64,000 nt of DNA from an uncultured Chloroflexia bacterium (GTDB taxonomy: Bacteria > Chloroflexota > Limnocylindria > Limnocylindrales > CSP1-4): assembly GCA_963829155.1 (NCBI GenBank), contig CAWHIA010000007.1, positions 34,288-98,287 on the forward strand, written 5' to 3'. Below the pieces are notes generated by a model. It ran no database searches, was not told the DNA's origin, and saw nothing but the letters and a program-made list of their open reading frames with translations. Made by a program: the position numbers and the translations under genes. Positions 46,864 to 55,973 of the stretch are shown in pieces. Positions within the stretch are counted from its first letter, which is position 1; each line of letters starts with the position of its first letter.

Positions 46864-47996
46864 GTGGACGCCGCGTCCACGCGCGACCTGGCCGAGCGGA
46901 TCCGGTCGACCTCGGGGCGTCTTTGACCTCGCCACCAAGGAGGCGCGCGTCACCGAGCTCGACGCGCGCGCCAGCGAGGCCGGCTTCTGGGACGACCAGC
47001 GGGCCGCCCAGAAGGTCCTCCGCGAGGCCGAGGGCCTGCGCGAGGAGGTCGCCCTGTGGCGAGGCCTGGAGAAGCGCGCCGGCGACCTCGTCGAGCTCCT
47101 GAGCCTGCTCGAGGAGACGCCCGACCCCGACACCGAGGCGGACGTCGAGCGCGAGGCCGACGCCCTGGGCAAGGAGTTCGCGCGCGAGCGGACGCTCCTC
47201 CTGTTCTCCGGCGAGTACGACGCGAAGAACGCGGTGCTCACGATCAGCGCGGGCGCGGGCGGCACCGAGGCGACCGACTGGGCGGACATGCTGCTGCGGA
47301 TGTACCTCCGCTGGGGCGAGCGCCACCGGTTCAAGACCGACGTCGTCGACTCCACCGAGGGCGAGCAGGCGGGGATCAAGAGCGCGACCGTGACCGTCGA
47401 CGGGCGGTTCGCCTACGGCTGGCTGCGCGCCGAGCGCGGCGTCCATCGCCTCGTGCGCATCAGCCCCTACGACGCGCAGAAGCGGCGCCAGACGACCTTC
47501 GCCCTGGTCGAGGTCATGCCCGAGGCCGACGAGGACGTCGCGATCGAGCTCAACTGGGACGAGATCCGGGTCGACACGTTCCGCTCGTCGGGCGCCGGCG
47601 GCCAGCACGTCCAGAAGACCGAGTCGGCGATCCGCCTCACCCACCTGCCGACCGGGATCGTCGTGACCTGCCAGAACGAGCGATCCGCCACGCAGAACCG
47701 CGAGCTCGCGATCCGGGTCCTCAAGTCCCGCCTGCTCGAGCTGGAGCTCGAGAAGCGCGAGGAGGAGCTGCGCAAGCTGCGCGGCGAGCACGTCACGGCC
47801 GGCTGGGGCAACCAGATCCGCTCCTACGTGCTGCACCCCTACCAGATGGTCAAGGACCTGCGCTCGGGCTACGAGACCTCCAACACGGGCGCGGTGCTCG
47901 ACGGCGACCTCGACGCCTTCATGCAGGCGGAGCTCGAACGGGTCGCGACCGGCCGCCCGCCGTCGCGCCGACGCCGACGCCGACACGGACGAGTAG
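46864..47996 (+). CDS. prfB: peptide chain release factor 2 (programmed +1 frameshift; 3' end ambiguous)
   Basis: ORF0 is GTG 46864 to CTT 46921-46923, followed by in-frame TGA. The +1 frame from GAC 46925 gives LDLATKEARVTELDARASEAGFWDD...SSGAGGQHVQKTES (GGQ). As written this frame runs on into the GNAT; a TAG at 47994-47996 in the next frame, followed by GTG 47999, suggests the true end. Confidence 0.9.
46911..46927 (+). promoter_or_regulatory. prfB programmed +1 ribosomal frameshift site (internal SD-like GGGG, then CTT TGA C)
   Basis: The sequence CTCGGGGCGTCTTTGAC matches the classical RF2 autoregulatory element (SD-like element, 3-nt spacer, CUU UGA C). Confidence 0.85.
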
Positions 47997-47998
47997 CC

Positions 47999-49015
47999 GT
48001 GCCGCCGCCCGCCGCAGTCAGGTACCGGCCTGGGATCGAGGCCGACCTCGAGGACTGCATGCGGATCTGGCGGGTGGGGATCGAGGACTACCAGGGACGC
48101 CTCAACCAGCCGGCGATGCCCGATGACCTCGCGCCGCTCCGCCGGCTCCTGCTGCACCTGCTGACGACCGATCCGGACCGGTTCTGGGTCGCGGAGCGCG
48201 GCGACGGCACCGTCGTCCCCGACCGCACGGCCGGCCTCGTCGGGTTCGCCAGCGCCTCGCTGCGCGAGGGCCTGTGGTTCCTCGCGATGCTGTTCGTGGA
48301 TCCGGCGATGCAGGCGGACGGGATCGGGCAGGCGCTGATGGACCGGACCCAGGCGGGGCGTGACGTCGACCCGGGCGGGCCGGCGATCCCCACGCCCGAC
48401 GACCCGCTCGACTCGGGCATCCATACCTGGGGCATGTGCACCGACGCGGTGCAGCCGATCTCGAACGGCCTGTACGCGCGACGCGGGATGGTCCCGCGGA
48501 TCCCGATCTGGCGGCTGTTCGGCGAGGTCCGGCGGTGGTCGGCGGTCCCGCGGCTCCCCGACACGCTGACGGCGGTGCCGTTCGAGGCGGTCGAGCAGGC
48601 GAGCGCGGACGGACCCGGGCGCCTCGCCGCCGTCCTCGACGAGTTCGACCGCGGGCTCCTGGGCTCGGCCCACGCCGCCGACCACGCCTTCCTGCGCCGG
48701 GACGGCCGGATCGGCTTCCTCGTTCGCGACCGCAGCGGCGGGACCGTCGGCTATGGCTACGGGTCCGGCGTCGGACGCCTGGGGCCGGTCGCGGCCGTCG
48801 ACCCCGAGCTCATCCCGGCCCTGATCGGGACCGTGATCCGCGACACGCCCGCCCTCGGGGCGGTCGCGCTGTGGGTCCCGGGCACCGCCGCGCCGGCGAT
48901 GCGCGGGCTGCTCGACGCGGGCCTGCGGATCGACGGCTTTCCCGGGATGATCTGCTGGTCGCGCGCCGACCACCCGTTCGACCGCTACCTCCCGATCTCG
49001 CTCGCGATCCCGTAG
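47999..49015 (+). CDS. GNAT-family N-acetyltransferase (two-domain)
   Basis: VPPPAAVRYRPGIEADLEDCMRIW... carries the acetyl-CoA motif LFVDPAMQADGIGQALM. As written it is in frame with prfB and no stop lies between them. Confidence 0.7.
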   Translation: MPPPAAVRYRPGIEADLEDCMRIWRVGIEDYQGRLNQPAMPDDLAPLRRLLLHLLTTDPDRFWVAERGDGTVVPDRTAGLVGFASASLREGLWFLAMLFVDPAMQADGIGQALMDRTQAGRDVDPGGPAIPTPDDPLDSGIHTWGMCTDAVQPISNGLYARRGMVPRIPIWRLFGEVRRWSAVPRLPDTLTAVPFEAVEQASADGPGRLAAVLDEFDRGLLGSAHAADHAFLRRDGRIGFLVRDRSGGTVGYGYGSGVGRLGPVAAVDPELIPALIGTVIRDTPALGAVALWVPGTAAPAMRGLLDAGLRIDGFPGMICWSRADHPFDRYLPISLAIP

Positions 49016-49082
49016 GCTCGGGCCAGGCCCGGATCCGCCCAGGTTTGCCGGTCCCGGCACCGGGTGTTAGCCTCGCCGCGAC

Positions 49083-49964
49083 GTGGCCTCACCGACCGTG
49101 CCCGTGGGTGGAGTCGTCACTCCGCCCGGCACCCCGAGCGGCAACCCCACCGGCAGCCCGGTCCCCGCGTCGACCCTTCCGTCACCGAGCGAACCCTTGA
49201 CCGTCGCCCCGAGCCCGACGCCGTCCCTGCGCGATCGCCTGACCGGTCGGCCGCGCCCGAGGCCGGACGACCAGCCGGTCGTCGTCCTGCACGACGTCAC
49301 GATGCGCTACCCGAACGGCAAGGAGGCGCTCAAGGACGTCGAGCTCGTCGTGCCCGAGGGCGACTTCGTGTTCCTCGTCGGGCCGTCGGGCGCGGGGAAG
49401 TCCACGCTGACGAAGCTGCTGATCCGCGACGAGCTGGCGACCAAGGGGATGGTCGTCGTCGACGGCGACGACCTCGCCCGCCTCAGCCGGCGCCAGGTCC
49501 CGAAGGTGCGCCGCAAGATCGGGATCGTGTTCCAGGACTTCAAGCTGCTGCCGCGCAAGTCGGTCTGGGAGAACGTCGCGTTCGCGCTCGAGGTCACCGG
49601 GACGCCGCGCCGCAGGATCCGGCCGGCCGTCGACCGCGTGCTCGCCCTCGTCGGCCTCACGGGGCAGGCGGAGCAGGTGCCGACCCAGCTCTCGGGCGGC
49701 GAGCAGCAGCGCACCGCGATCGCCCGGGCACTCGTCCACGACCCGCGGATCATCATCGCGGACGAGCCCACGGGGAACCTCGACCCCGTCATCAGCTGGG
49801 AGATCATCCAGCTGCTGCTGCGGATCAACGAGATGGGCGTCACGATCCTGATGGCGACCCACGACGCGGAGATCGTCACGTCGCTGCGCCGCCGGGTCGT
49901 CGCGCTCGAGGACGGGCGGATCATCCGCGACGACACCGCGGCCACGTACCACCGCGAGGACTGA
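49083..49964 (+). CDS. ftsE: cell-division ABC ATPase FtsE with a Pro-rich N-terminal extension of about 65 aa
   Basis: Walker A GPSGAGKST, signature LSGGEQQR, Walker B IIADEP. No alternative in-frame start lies closer to the ATPase core. Confidence 0.9.
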   Translation: MASPTVPVGGVVTPPGTPSGNPTGSPVPASTLPSPSEPLTVAPSPTPSLRDRLTGRPRPRPDDQPVVVLHDVTMRYPNGKEALKDVELVVPEGDFVFLVGPSGAGKSTLTKLLIRDELATKGMVVVDGDDLARLSRRQVPKVRRKIGIVFQDFKLLPRKSVWENVAFALEVTGTPRRRIRPAVDRVLALVGLTGQAEQVPTQLSGGEQQRTAIARALVHDPRIIIADEPTGNLDPVISWEIIQLLLRINEMGVTILMATHDAEIVTSLRRRVVALEDGRIIRDDTAATYHRED

Positions 49965-49967
49965 GGC

Positions 49968-50852
49968 GTGATCCCGTTCGTCGCGTTCTCGCTCCGGCGG
50001 GCCTGGCAGGGCTTCTGGCGCAACGCGCTGATGAGCCTCGCGGCGACGCTGACGATGGTCCTGATGCTGCTGCTGCTGGCCGGCTTCTTCGTCCTCCAGA
50101 ACGTGCTGCTCGCCAGCCTGTCGTTCGTCGAGCAGAAGGTCGAGGTCGTCGCCTACATCCAGAACAACGCGACGCCGGACCAGGTCGACACGCTGGTCGC
50201 GTCGGTCGGCGCGATGCCCGAGGTGGCGTCGGTCGAGTTCGTGTCGCGCGACGAGGCGCTGACCCGGTTCAAGGCGGCGCAGGCGGCCCAGGGCCGGCCG
50301 GACATCACGGCCTCGCTGGACTCGAACCCGCTGTACGCGAGCGTCAACGTGAAGCTCCGCAGCCCGACGGACCTGGACGCGGTCACGACCGCCCTGCACG
50401 ACGACCCGCTGGTCCGCAGCGTCCTCAACATCGAGGCCCTGGTCGATCGCGTGATCACCGTCACGAGCTTCGTCCGGACCGCGGGGGTCGTCATGGTCGC
50501 GATCGTCGGGGTGATCGTGCTGTTCATCATCGTCAACACGATCCGGCTCGCCGTCGTGGCGAGGGCCGAGGAGATCGAGATCATGCGGCTGGTCGGCGCG
50601 TCGGACGCGTTCATCCGCTGGCCGTTCGTGTTCGAGGGCGCGCTGGTCGGGCTGTTCGGCGCCGTGCTCACGCTGGCCCTGCTCGCGGTCGCCGCGGAGC
50701 CGCTGTCGCAGGCGATGGTCGGGTTCTTCAACGTGCTGCCGCTCGAGCTCGGTTCGGTCGGCCGGGACACCGCGGCCCTGGTCCTGGCGACCGGGCTCGG
50801 GCTCGGCGTGCTCGGCTCGTGGGTGTCGGTCCGGACGTACCTCATCCGCTGA
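49968..50852 (+). CDS. ftsX: cell-division permease-like protein FtsX
   Basis: 294 aa with TM1, an extracellular domain and 3 TM segments. It lies directly downstream of ftsE. Confidence 0.9.
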   Translation: MIPFVAFSLRRAWQGFWRNALMSLAATLTMVLMLLLLAGFFVLQNVLLASLSFVEQKVEVVAYIQNNATPDQVDTLVASVGAMPEVASVEFVSRDEALTRFKAAQAAQGRPDITASLDSNPLYASVNVKLRSPTDLDAVTTALHDDPLVRSVLNIEALVDRVITVTSFVRTAGVVMVAIVGVIVLFIIVNTIRLAVVARAEEIEIMRLVGASDAFIRWPFVFEGALVGLFGAVLTLALLAVAAEPLSQAMVGFFNVLPLELGSVGRDTAALVLATGLGLGVLGSWVSVRTYLIR

Positions 50853-50955
50853 TCGATTCCGGTGCCATGGGTCACCGGTACCAGCGCCAGTTTGACGGCG
50901 CAGATGTACGCTGACGCCCCGCGCTTCCGTCCAGCGCCCGTCACCCGGAATCCCA

Positions 50956-52422
50956 ATGAGTCTGAACCCCCCGCTGCCGTCGCAGGAGCCGACGGCGGAG
51001 GTCCCTGTCGCGACCCTTGTGCGGGCCGCAACGGGTGACCCGACCTCGCCGTTCGACCCCTCGGTGGATGCGCGCGCGGACCCGACGACGTCGCGGCGAA
51101 CCCGGCGAGCGAGGTCGCGCCGGCGGCGGGCGGCGTCCCGGCGCCGAGGTCGGCCGTCGCGGCGAGCCGCGCGGGCATCTTCCTCGCCGCCGTCGCGCTG
51201 GTCGCGGTCCTGGCCGGCAGCGCGATGTTCTTCGCCGGCTTCTCGCTCGGCCGGCAGTCCGCGCTGACGCCCGGCACGCCGTCGGGCGACGCGGACGCCT
51301 TCCAGCCGTTCTGGGACACGTACTCGGCGATCACCGACCGGTACGCGGGGGGCTCGGTCGACCGCAAGTCGCTCGTCGAGGGCGCGATCAAGGGGATGAT
51401 CGGCGCGCTCGACGACCCGTACTCGCAGTACCTGACCTCGGACGAGTTCCGGTCCTCGCTGCAGGGGATCTCGGGCCAGTTCGAGGGCATCGGCGCGACC
51501 ATCGGCACGGTCGACCGGGTCGGGGCGACCGCCTCCTGCACCACGCTCTCGGACGACTGCCGCCTCGCGGTCGTCGCGCCGCTGACGGGCTCGCCGGCGC
51601 AGAAGGCCGGGCTGCAGCCGGGCGACGTGATCGACCAGATCGACGGCGCCACGCTGGCGGGCCTCAGCGTGGACCAGGCGCGGGGCAAGGTCCGGGGCCC
51701 CAAGGACACGACGGTCACGCTGCGGATCCGGCGCGGGACGAGCTCGCCGTTCGACGTCCCGATCGTGCGCGCGGTCATCGTCCAGCCCGAGGTCGAGACG
51801 GACACGCTCGCCGGCGGCAAGGTCGGCTACATCAAGCTGGCCGGGTTCTCCGATCGCTCGGCGGGCGAGTTCGACGACGCGCTCAAGGCGGCGCTGGGGC
51901 GCGGCGAGCGCCAGCTGATCGTCGACCTGCGCGGCAACCCCGGCGGGTTCGTCACCGCGGCCCGCGAGATCGCCAGCGAGTTCCTCGCCGACGGCCCGAT
52001 CTTCTGGCAGCAGGACGCCGACGGCAACCTGACCGAGACGGCCGCCCGGCCCGGCGGGGCCGCCACCGACCCCTCGATCCAGCTCGTGCTCCTCGTCGAC
52101 GGCGGCTCCGCGTCCGCGTCCGAGATCGTCGCCGGGCGCGCTCCACGATCGCGGACGGGCGACGCTGGTCGGCACCAAGACCTTCGGCAAGGGCACGGTC
52201 CAGCAGTGGACGCAGCTCGAGGACGACAGCGGCGGCTTCCGCCTCACGATCGCCAAGTGGCTGACGCCGGACAAGACGTGGATCCACGGCAAGGGCATCG
52301 TGCCCGACGTCGTCGTCACCGACCCGCCCGCCAAGCCCGGCGACGATCCGGTGCTCGACGCCGGCCTCAAGGTGCTGGGCGACGAGCCCGACGGGTCCGA
52401 GGTCGTCCGACCCGCCGCGTAG
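50956..52422 (+). pseudogene. S41 carboxyl-terminal processing protease (PDZ domain), frame broken twice
   Basis: The N-terminus from ATG 50956 shifts near 51090-51100 into the frame holding the TM segment (AGIFLAAVALVAVLAG) and the body (GLQPGDVIDQIDG PDZ; DLRGNPGG; GGSASASEIVAG). It shifts again near 52136-52141 to ALHDRGRATLVGTKTFGKGTVQ...(stop 52420-52422). Confidence 0.85.
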
Positions 52423-52472
52423 GGCGTCGGGGCGGCTCGTTTCGGGCCTCTCCCGCCGCACGAACCACCCGC

Positions 52473-52501
52473 TTGCACACGCGCGCCGCATCGGGTAGGG
52501 T
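52473..52501 (+). promoter_or_regulatory. promoter-like TTGCAC-N17-TAGGGT in the GC-poor island upstream of smpB
   Basis: Hexamers at 52473-52478 and 52496-52501 with a 17-nt spacer. Confidence 0.4.
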
Positions 52502-52529
52502 CGATATGAACGAAAGGAGGTGATGTGCA

Positions 52530-52580
52530 GTGATCGACAGTTGTAGTTGCTGCACCACCTCGGCGGAGATCGTCGCTTAG
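52530..52580 (+). CDS. 16-codon upstream ORF MIDSCSCCTTSAEIVA (GTG start) behind a strong AAAGGAGG
   Basis: SD at 52513-52520, a 9-nt spacer, GTG 52530 and TAG 52578-52580. Three of four consecutive codons (SCSCC) are Cys. Too short to appear in the ORF track. Confidence 0.4.
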   Translation: MIDSCSCCTTSAEIVA

Positions 52581-52611
52581 GGACGATCCCGACGAGTGGT
52601 CGGTAGCAATT

Positions 52612-52643
52612 CGAACGCCGGTCCGGAAACGGGCCGGCGTTCG
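52612..52643 (+). terminator. 14-bp GC stem with GAAA tetraloop (CGAACGCCGGTCCG-GAAA-CGGGCCGGCGTTCG) between the uORF and smpB
   Basis: Read directly from the sequence. One G-U pair, no U-tract. A candidate attenuator or terminator. Confidence 0.45.
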
Positions 52644-52715
52644 TGCGTCCCGCGCCGGGCGGACCGCGTCTCCGTGCGACACTCCCACCCCTGACCCAGC
52701 GAGAGGAGCCTCCCC

Positions 52716-53177
52716 ATGGGCGAGACCATCGCCCAGAACCGACGAGCGACCCACGAGTACACGGTCGACGAGACCTTCGAGGCCGGGATCGTCCTTCGTG
52801 GCACCGAGATCAAGAGCATCCGCGCTCACAAGGTGAGCCTGGCGGACGCCTACGCGCGCATCGATCGCGACGAGGCCTGGATCGTCGGGCTCCACATCGC
52901 GCCCTGGGAGAACGCCGACGTCCGGTTCAACCACGAGCCGAAGCGGGCGCGCAAGCTCCTCCTCCACCGCGAGGAGATCGACGAGCTGCTGGGCAAGACC
53001 AAGGCCAAGGGCCTGACGCTCGTCCCGCTCCGCCTGTACATCAACGACCAGGGCAAGGCGAAGGTGCTGCTCGGGCTCGCGAGGGGCAAGCAGACCTGGG
53101 ACCGCCGCCGGGAGATCGCCGAGCGCGACGCCAGGCGCGAGACCGAGCGCGCCGTGGCCGACGCCCGGCGACGGTAG
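52716..53177 (+). CDS. smpB: SsrA-binding protein SmpB
   Basis: 153 aa with NRRATHEYTVDETFEAGIVLRGTEIKS and KLLLHREEIDEL. GAGAGGAG precedes the ATG. Confidence 0.95.
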   Translation: MGETIAQNRRATHEYTVDETFEAGIVLRGTEIKSIRAHKVSLADAYARIDRDEAWIVGLHIAPWENADVRFNHEPKRARKLLLHREEIDELLGKTKAKGLTLVPLRLYINDQGKAKVLLGLARGKQTWDRRREIAERDARRETERAVADARRR

Positions 53178-53181
53178 GCCG

Positions 53182-54239
53182 ATGCGGCTCGCGCGGATGA
53201 TCCAGGCGGTCGACGCCCACGCGGCGGGCGAGCCGGGCCGGGTCATCGTCGGCGGCGTGCTCGACGTCCCGGGGGCGTCGATGTTCGAGAAGATGCGCCA
53301 CCTCGCCGAGCACGGCGACGAGCTGCGCAGGCTCATGCTCCGCGAGCCTCGCGGCTACCCGGCCCTGTGCGCGAACGTCGTCCTGCCGCCGACCCATCCG
53401 GACGCCGACGCCGGCTACGTGATCATGGAGCAGGTCGAGTACCCGGGGATGTCGGGCACCAACACGATCTGCGTGGCGACGGTCCTGCTCGAGACGGGGA
53501 TGCTGCCGATGACCGAGCCGATCACGGAGATCGCGCTCGAGGCGCCGGCCGGGCTGATCCGGATCCGCGCGACGTGCGCGGGCGGCAAGGTCACCGGCGT
53601 CACGTTCCGCAACCTGCCGGCGTTCGCGACCCACCTCGACACCCCGATCGAGGTCCCGCAGCTGGGCACGGTGACGGTCGACGTCGCCTACGGCGGGCAT
53701 GTTCTACGTGATCGCCGACGCCGAGGCGCTCGGGTTCCGGCTGACGCCCGACGAGGGCCGCGACATCACCCGGGTCACCGAGATGATCAAGGCCGCGGCC
53801 CGCGAACAGCTGCCGGTCGTCCACCCCGAGCAGCCGGGCTTCGCCGGGATCACGATCGGCCAGCTGTCGGGCCCGCCGCACGATCCCCGGAACTCGCGGC
53901 GGAACGTGGTCACGATGTCGACCGGCGAGCTCGACTGGTCGAAGCCGTCGACCTGGACGGGCGTGATCGACCGGTCGCCGTGCGGGACCGGGACGTGCGC
54001 GAAGATGGCCGATCCTGCACGCGAAGGGCGAGCTCCGCGCCGGCGACGAGTTCCGCCACGAGGGCATCCTCGGGACGGTGTTCACGGGCAGGGTCGAGGA
54101 GGAGACGCGGATCGGAGACCGGGCCGCGATCGTCCCGTCGATCACCGGGACCGCGTGGATCACCGGCTTCGCGAGCTACGTCGTCGATCCCACCGACCCG
54201 TTCCCGGAGGGGTACACCGTCGGCGACCTCTGGGCGTAG
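53182..54239 (+). pseudogene. proline racemase / hydroxyproline epimerase family protein, frame broken twice
   Basis: Frame 1 reads MRLARMIQAVDAHAAGEP...YPGMSGTNTICV...VDVAYGG. Frame 2 reads MFYVIADAEALGF...DRSPCGTGTCAKMA. Frame 3 reads ILHAKGELRAGDEFRHEGILGTVFTG...GDLWA (stop 54237-54239). Breaks are at about 53694-53698 and 54010-54011. Confidence 0.85.
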
Positions 54240-54254
54240 GCGGCGCATCCGCGT

Positions 54255-55973
54255 CTACCGCAGCAGGTAGCGGCGGCTGAGGGGGACCTCGGAGACCGGC
54301 GCGACGGCGAGCGGCCGTCCGTCGATCGAGACCGCACCCGAGCGGACGTCGATCTCGACCGGGGCCGTCGCGCGGTTGGCGTGGAGCGAGGCGCGGGTGA
54401 GCCCGCGGACCCCGCCGATCGGCACCAGCACCCGGTTCGTGCCCAGGCGGCGGGCCAGCGACGAGCGATCGACGGACGTCGAGACGAACGTGACCGCGAC
54501 CCTGGGCGCCGCCGTCGGGACGCCGGCCCAGTCCGCGCGGTAGCGGGTGGGCTCCGCGCGCTCGAGCGTCGCGTTGCCCTCGCCCAGCGGGCCCCAGGCG
54601 GGGAAGCCGCCCTTGAACACCCACTCGGGCTTCACGCCGAAGAACCCGGGCTTCCACATGACGAGATCGGCCAGCCGGCCCGGTCGCAGGGAGCCGACGT
54701 GGTCCGCGAGGCCGTGCGTGATCGCGGGCTCGATCGTCACCTTCGCGAGGTAGCGCAGCACGCGCGCCGTGTCGTCGCGGTCGTCCGGGTCGTCGAGACC
54801 CGGGTCGGCGGGCAGGCCCGGGATGCCCTCGGCGGCCTCGGACCGGCGCCACGCCTTCATGACGTGGGCCAGCTGGAACGTCCGACGGACGGTCTCGCCG
54901 ATGCGCCCCATCCCCTGCGAGTCGGAGTTCACGATCGCGATCGCGCCCAGCTCGTGGAGCGGTCCCTCGGCGGCCATCCGGGCCTCGAGCACGCGCTCGC
55001 GGACGAGCTCGAGGTCGCCCGGCACCGTCCACGAGAGCCCGTGGTTGAGCACGGTCATCGGGACGTGCTCGACCGCCGTGTGGACGCCGAACGGCAGCGT
55101 CGGCGTGGTCGACGAGCACAGGATCGACGGCTCGCGCACGAGGCCGAGCAGGTCGGGGACGTGGCCGCCACCGGTGCCCTCGACGTGGTAGGCGTGGACC
55201 GTCCGGCCGGCGATCGCCGCCACCGTGTCCTCGAGCTCGGCGGACTCCTGGAGCCCGTCGGTGTGGAGGCTCAGCGTCAGGTCCCGCGCCTCGACGTACC
55301 GCAGCACGTGATCGATGAGCTCGGGGTAGGCGCCGTTGTCCTCGTGGATCTTGAACCCCAGCGCGCCGGCGTCGACCAGCGCGTCGAGGTGCCCGTCCTC
55401 GGTCGCCCGCGCACCCGCCTGCATCCCGATGTTCAGCGGCCAGCCCTCGAGCCCGGCCAGCGTCCGCTCCATCGCGAACGGCGGCTCCTCGAACCCGGCC
55501 GTGATCAGGGTGGTGACGCCGGCCGACAGCGCGGGCGGCAGGAGCTCGGGGCTGATCGTGTGGACGTGGGTGTCGATGGCGCCCGGCGTCACGATCAGCC
55601 CGTAGGCCATGAACGACTTGGTATGCGGGCCGATGACGAGGTCGATGCCGTCCGTGATCGCGGGGCTGCCCGCCCGCCCGACGCCGGCGATCCGGCCGTC
55701 CTTGATGCCGATGTCGGCCTTGACGACGCCGAGCACCGGGTCGACGACGAGCGCGCCGGCCAGGACGACGTCGAGCTCCGACGGTCCGGACGCCTCGTCC
55801 CACTGCGCGATCCGGCTGCGCAGGTTCTTGGCGTAGCCCCAGACCGGCTCGTCGCCGCGTGCCGTCCGGTCCTCCGCGACCCGGATCCAGAGGTCCGTGT
55901 CGCCGAGCCGGACCCGGTCGCCGGTCGTCGGGCCATAGCGCGCCCGGTACTCCCTGGCGGAGAGGCGGGTCAT
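54255..55973 (-). CDS. ureC: urease alpha subunit
   Basis: From ATG 55973 (ATGA overlap with ureB): MTRLSAREYRARYGPTTGDRVRLGDTDL..., AIDTHVH, FKIHEDNGA, HAYHVEGTGGGHVPD. The longer ORF 54255..56210 is read-through of the ureB region in the wrong frame. Confidence 0.95.
   Translation of the reverse strand: MTRLSAREYRARYGPTTGDRVRLGDTDLWIRVAEDRTARGDEPVWGYAKNLRSRIAQWDEASGPSELDVVLAGALVVDPVLGVVKADIGIKDGRIAGVGRAGSPAITDGIDLVIGPHTKSFMAYGLIVTPGAIDTHVHTISPELLPPALSAGVTTLITAGFEEPPFAMERTLAGLEGWPLNIGMQAGARATEDGHLDALVDAGALGFKIHEDNGAYPELIDHVLRYVEARDLTLSLHTDGLQESAELEDTVAAIAGRTVHAYHVEGTGGGHVPDLLGLVREPSILCSSTTPTLPFGVHTAVEHVPMTVLNHGLSWTVPGDLELVRERVLEARMAAEGPLHELGAIAIVNSDSQGMGRIGETVRRTFQLAHVMKAWRRSEAAEGIPGLPADPGLDDPDDRDDTARVLRYLAKVTIEPAITHGLADHVGSLRPGRLADLVMWKPGFFGVKPEWVFKGGFPAWGPLGEGNATLERAEPTRYRADWAGVPTAAPRVAVTFVSTSVDRSSLARRLGTNRVLVPIGGVRGLTRASLHANRATAPVEIDVRSGAVSIDGRPLAVAPVSEVPLSRRYLLR

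Noticed and set aside
49182-53336. 1384-aa ORF on the - strand spanning ftsE to smpB
   Set aside because: It is antisense to five recognisable + strand genes and its composition is dominated by R, D, G, P and A. It stays open only because stop codons are rare in this GC context.
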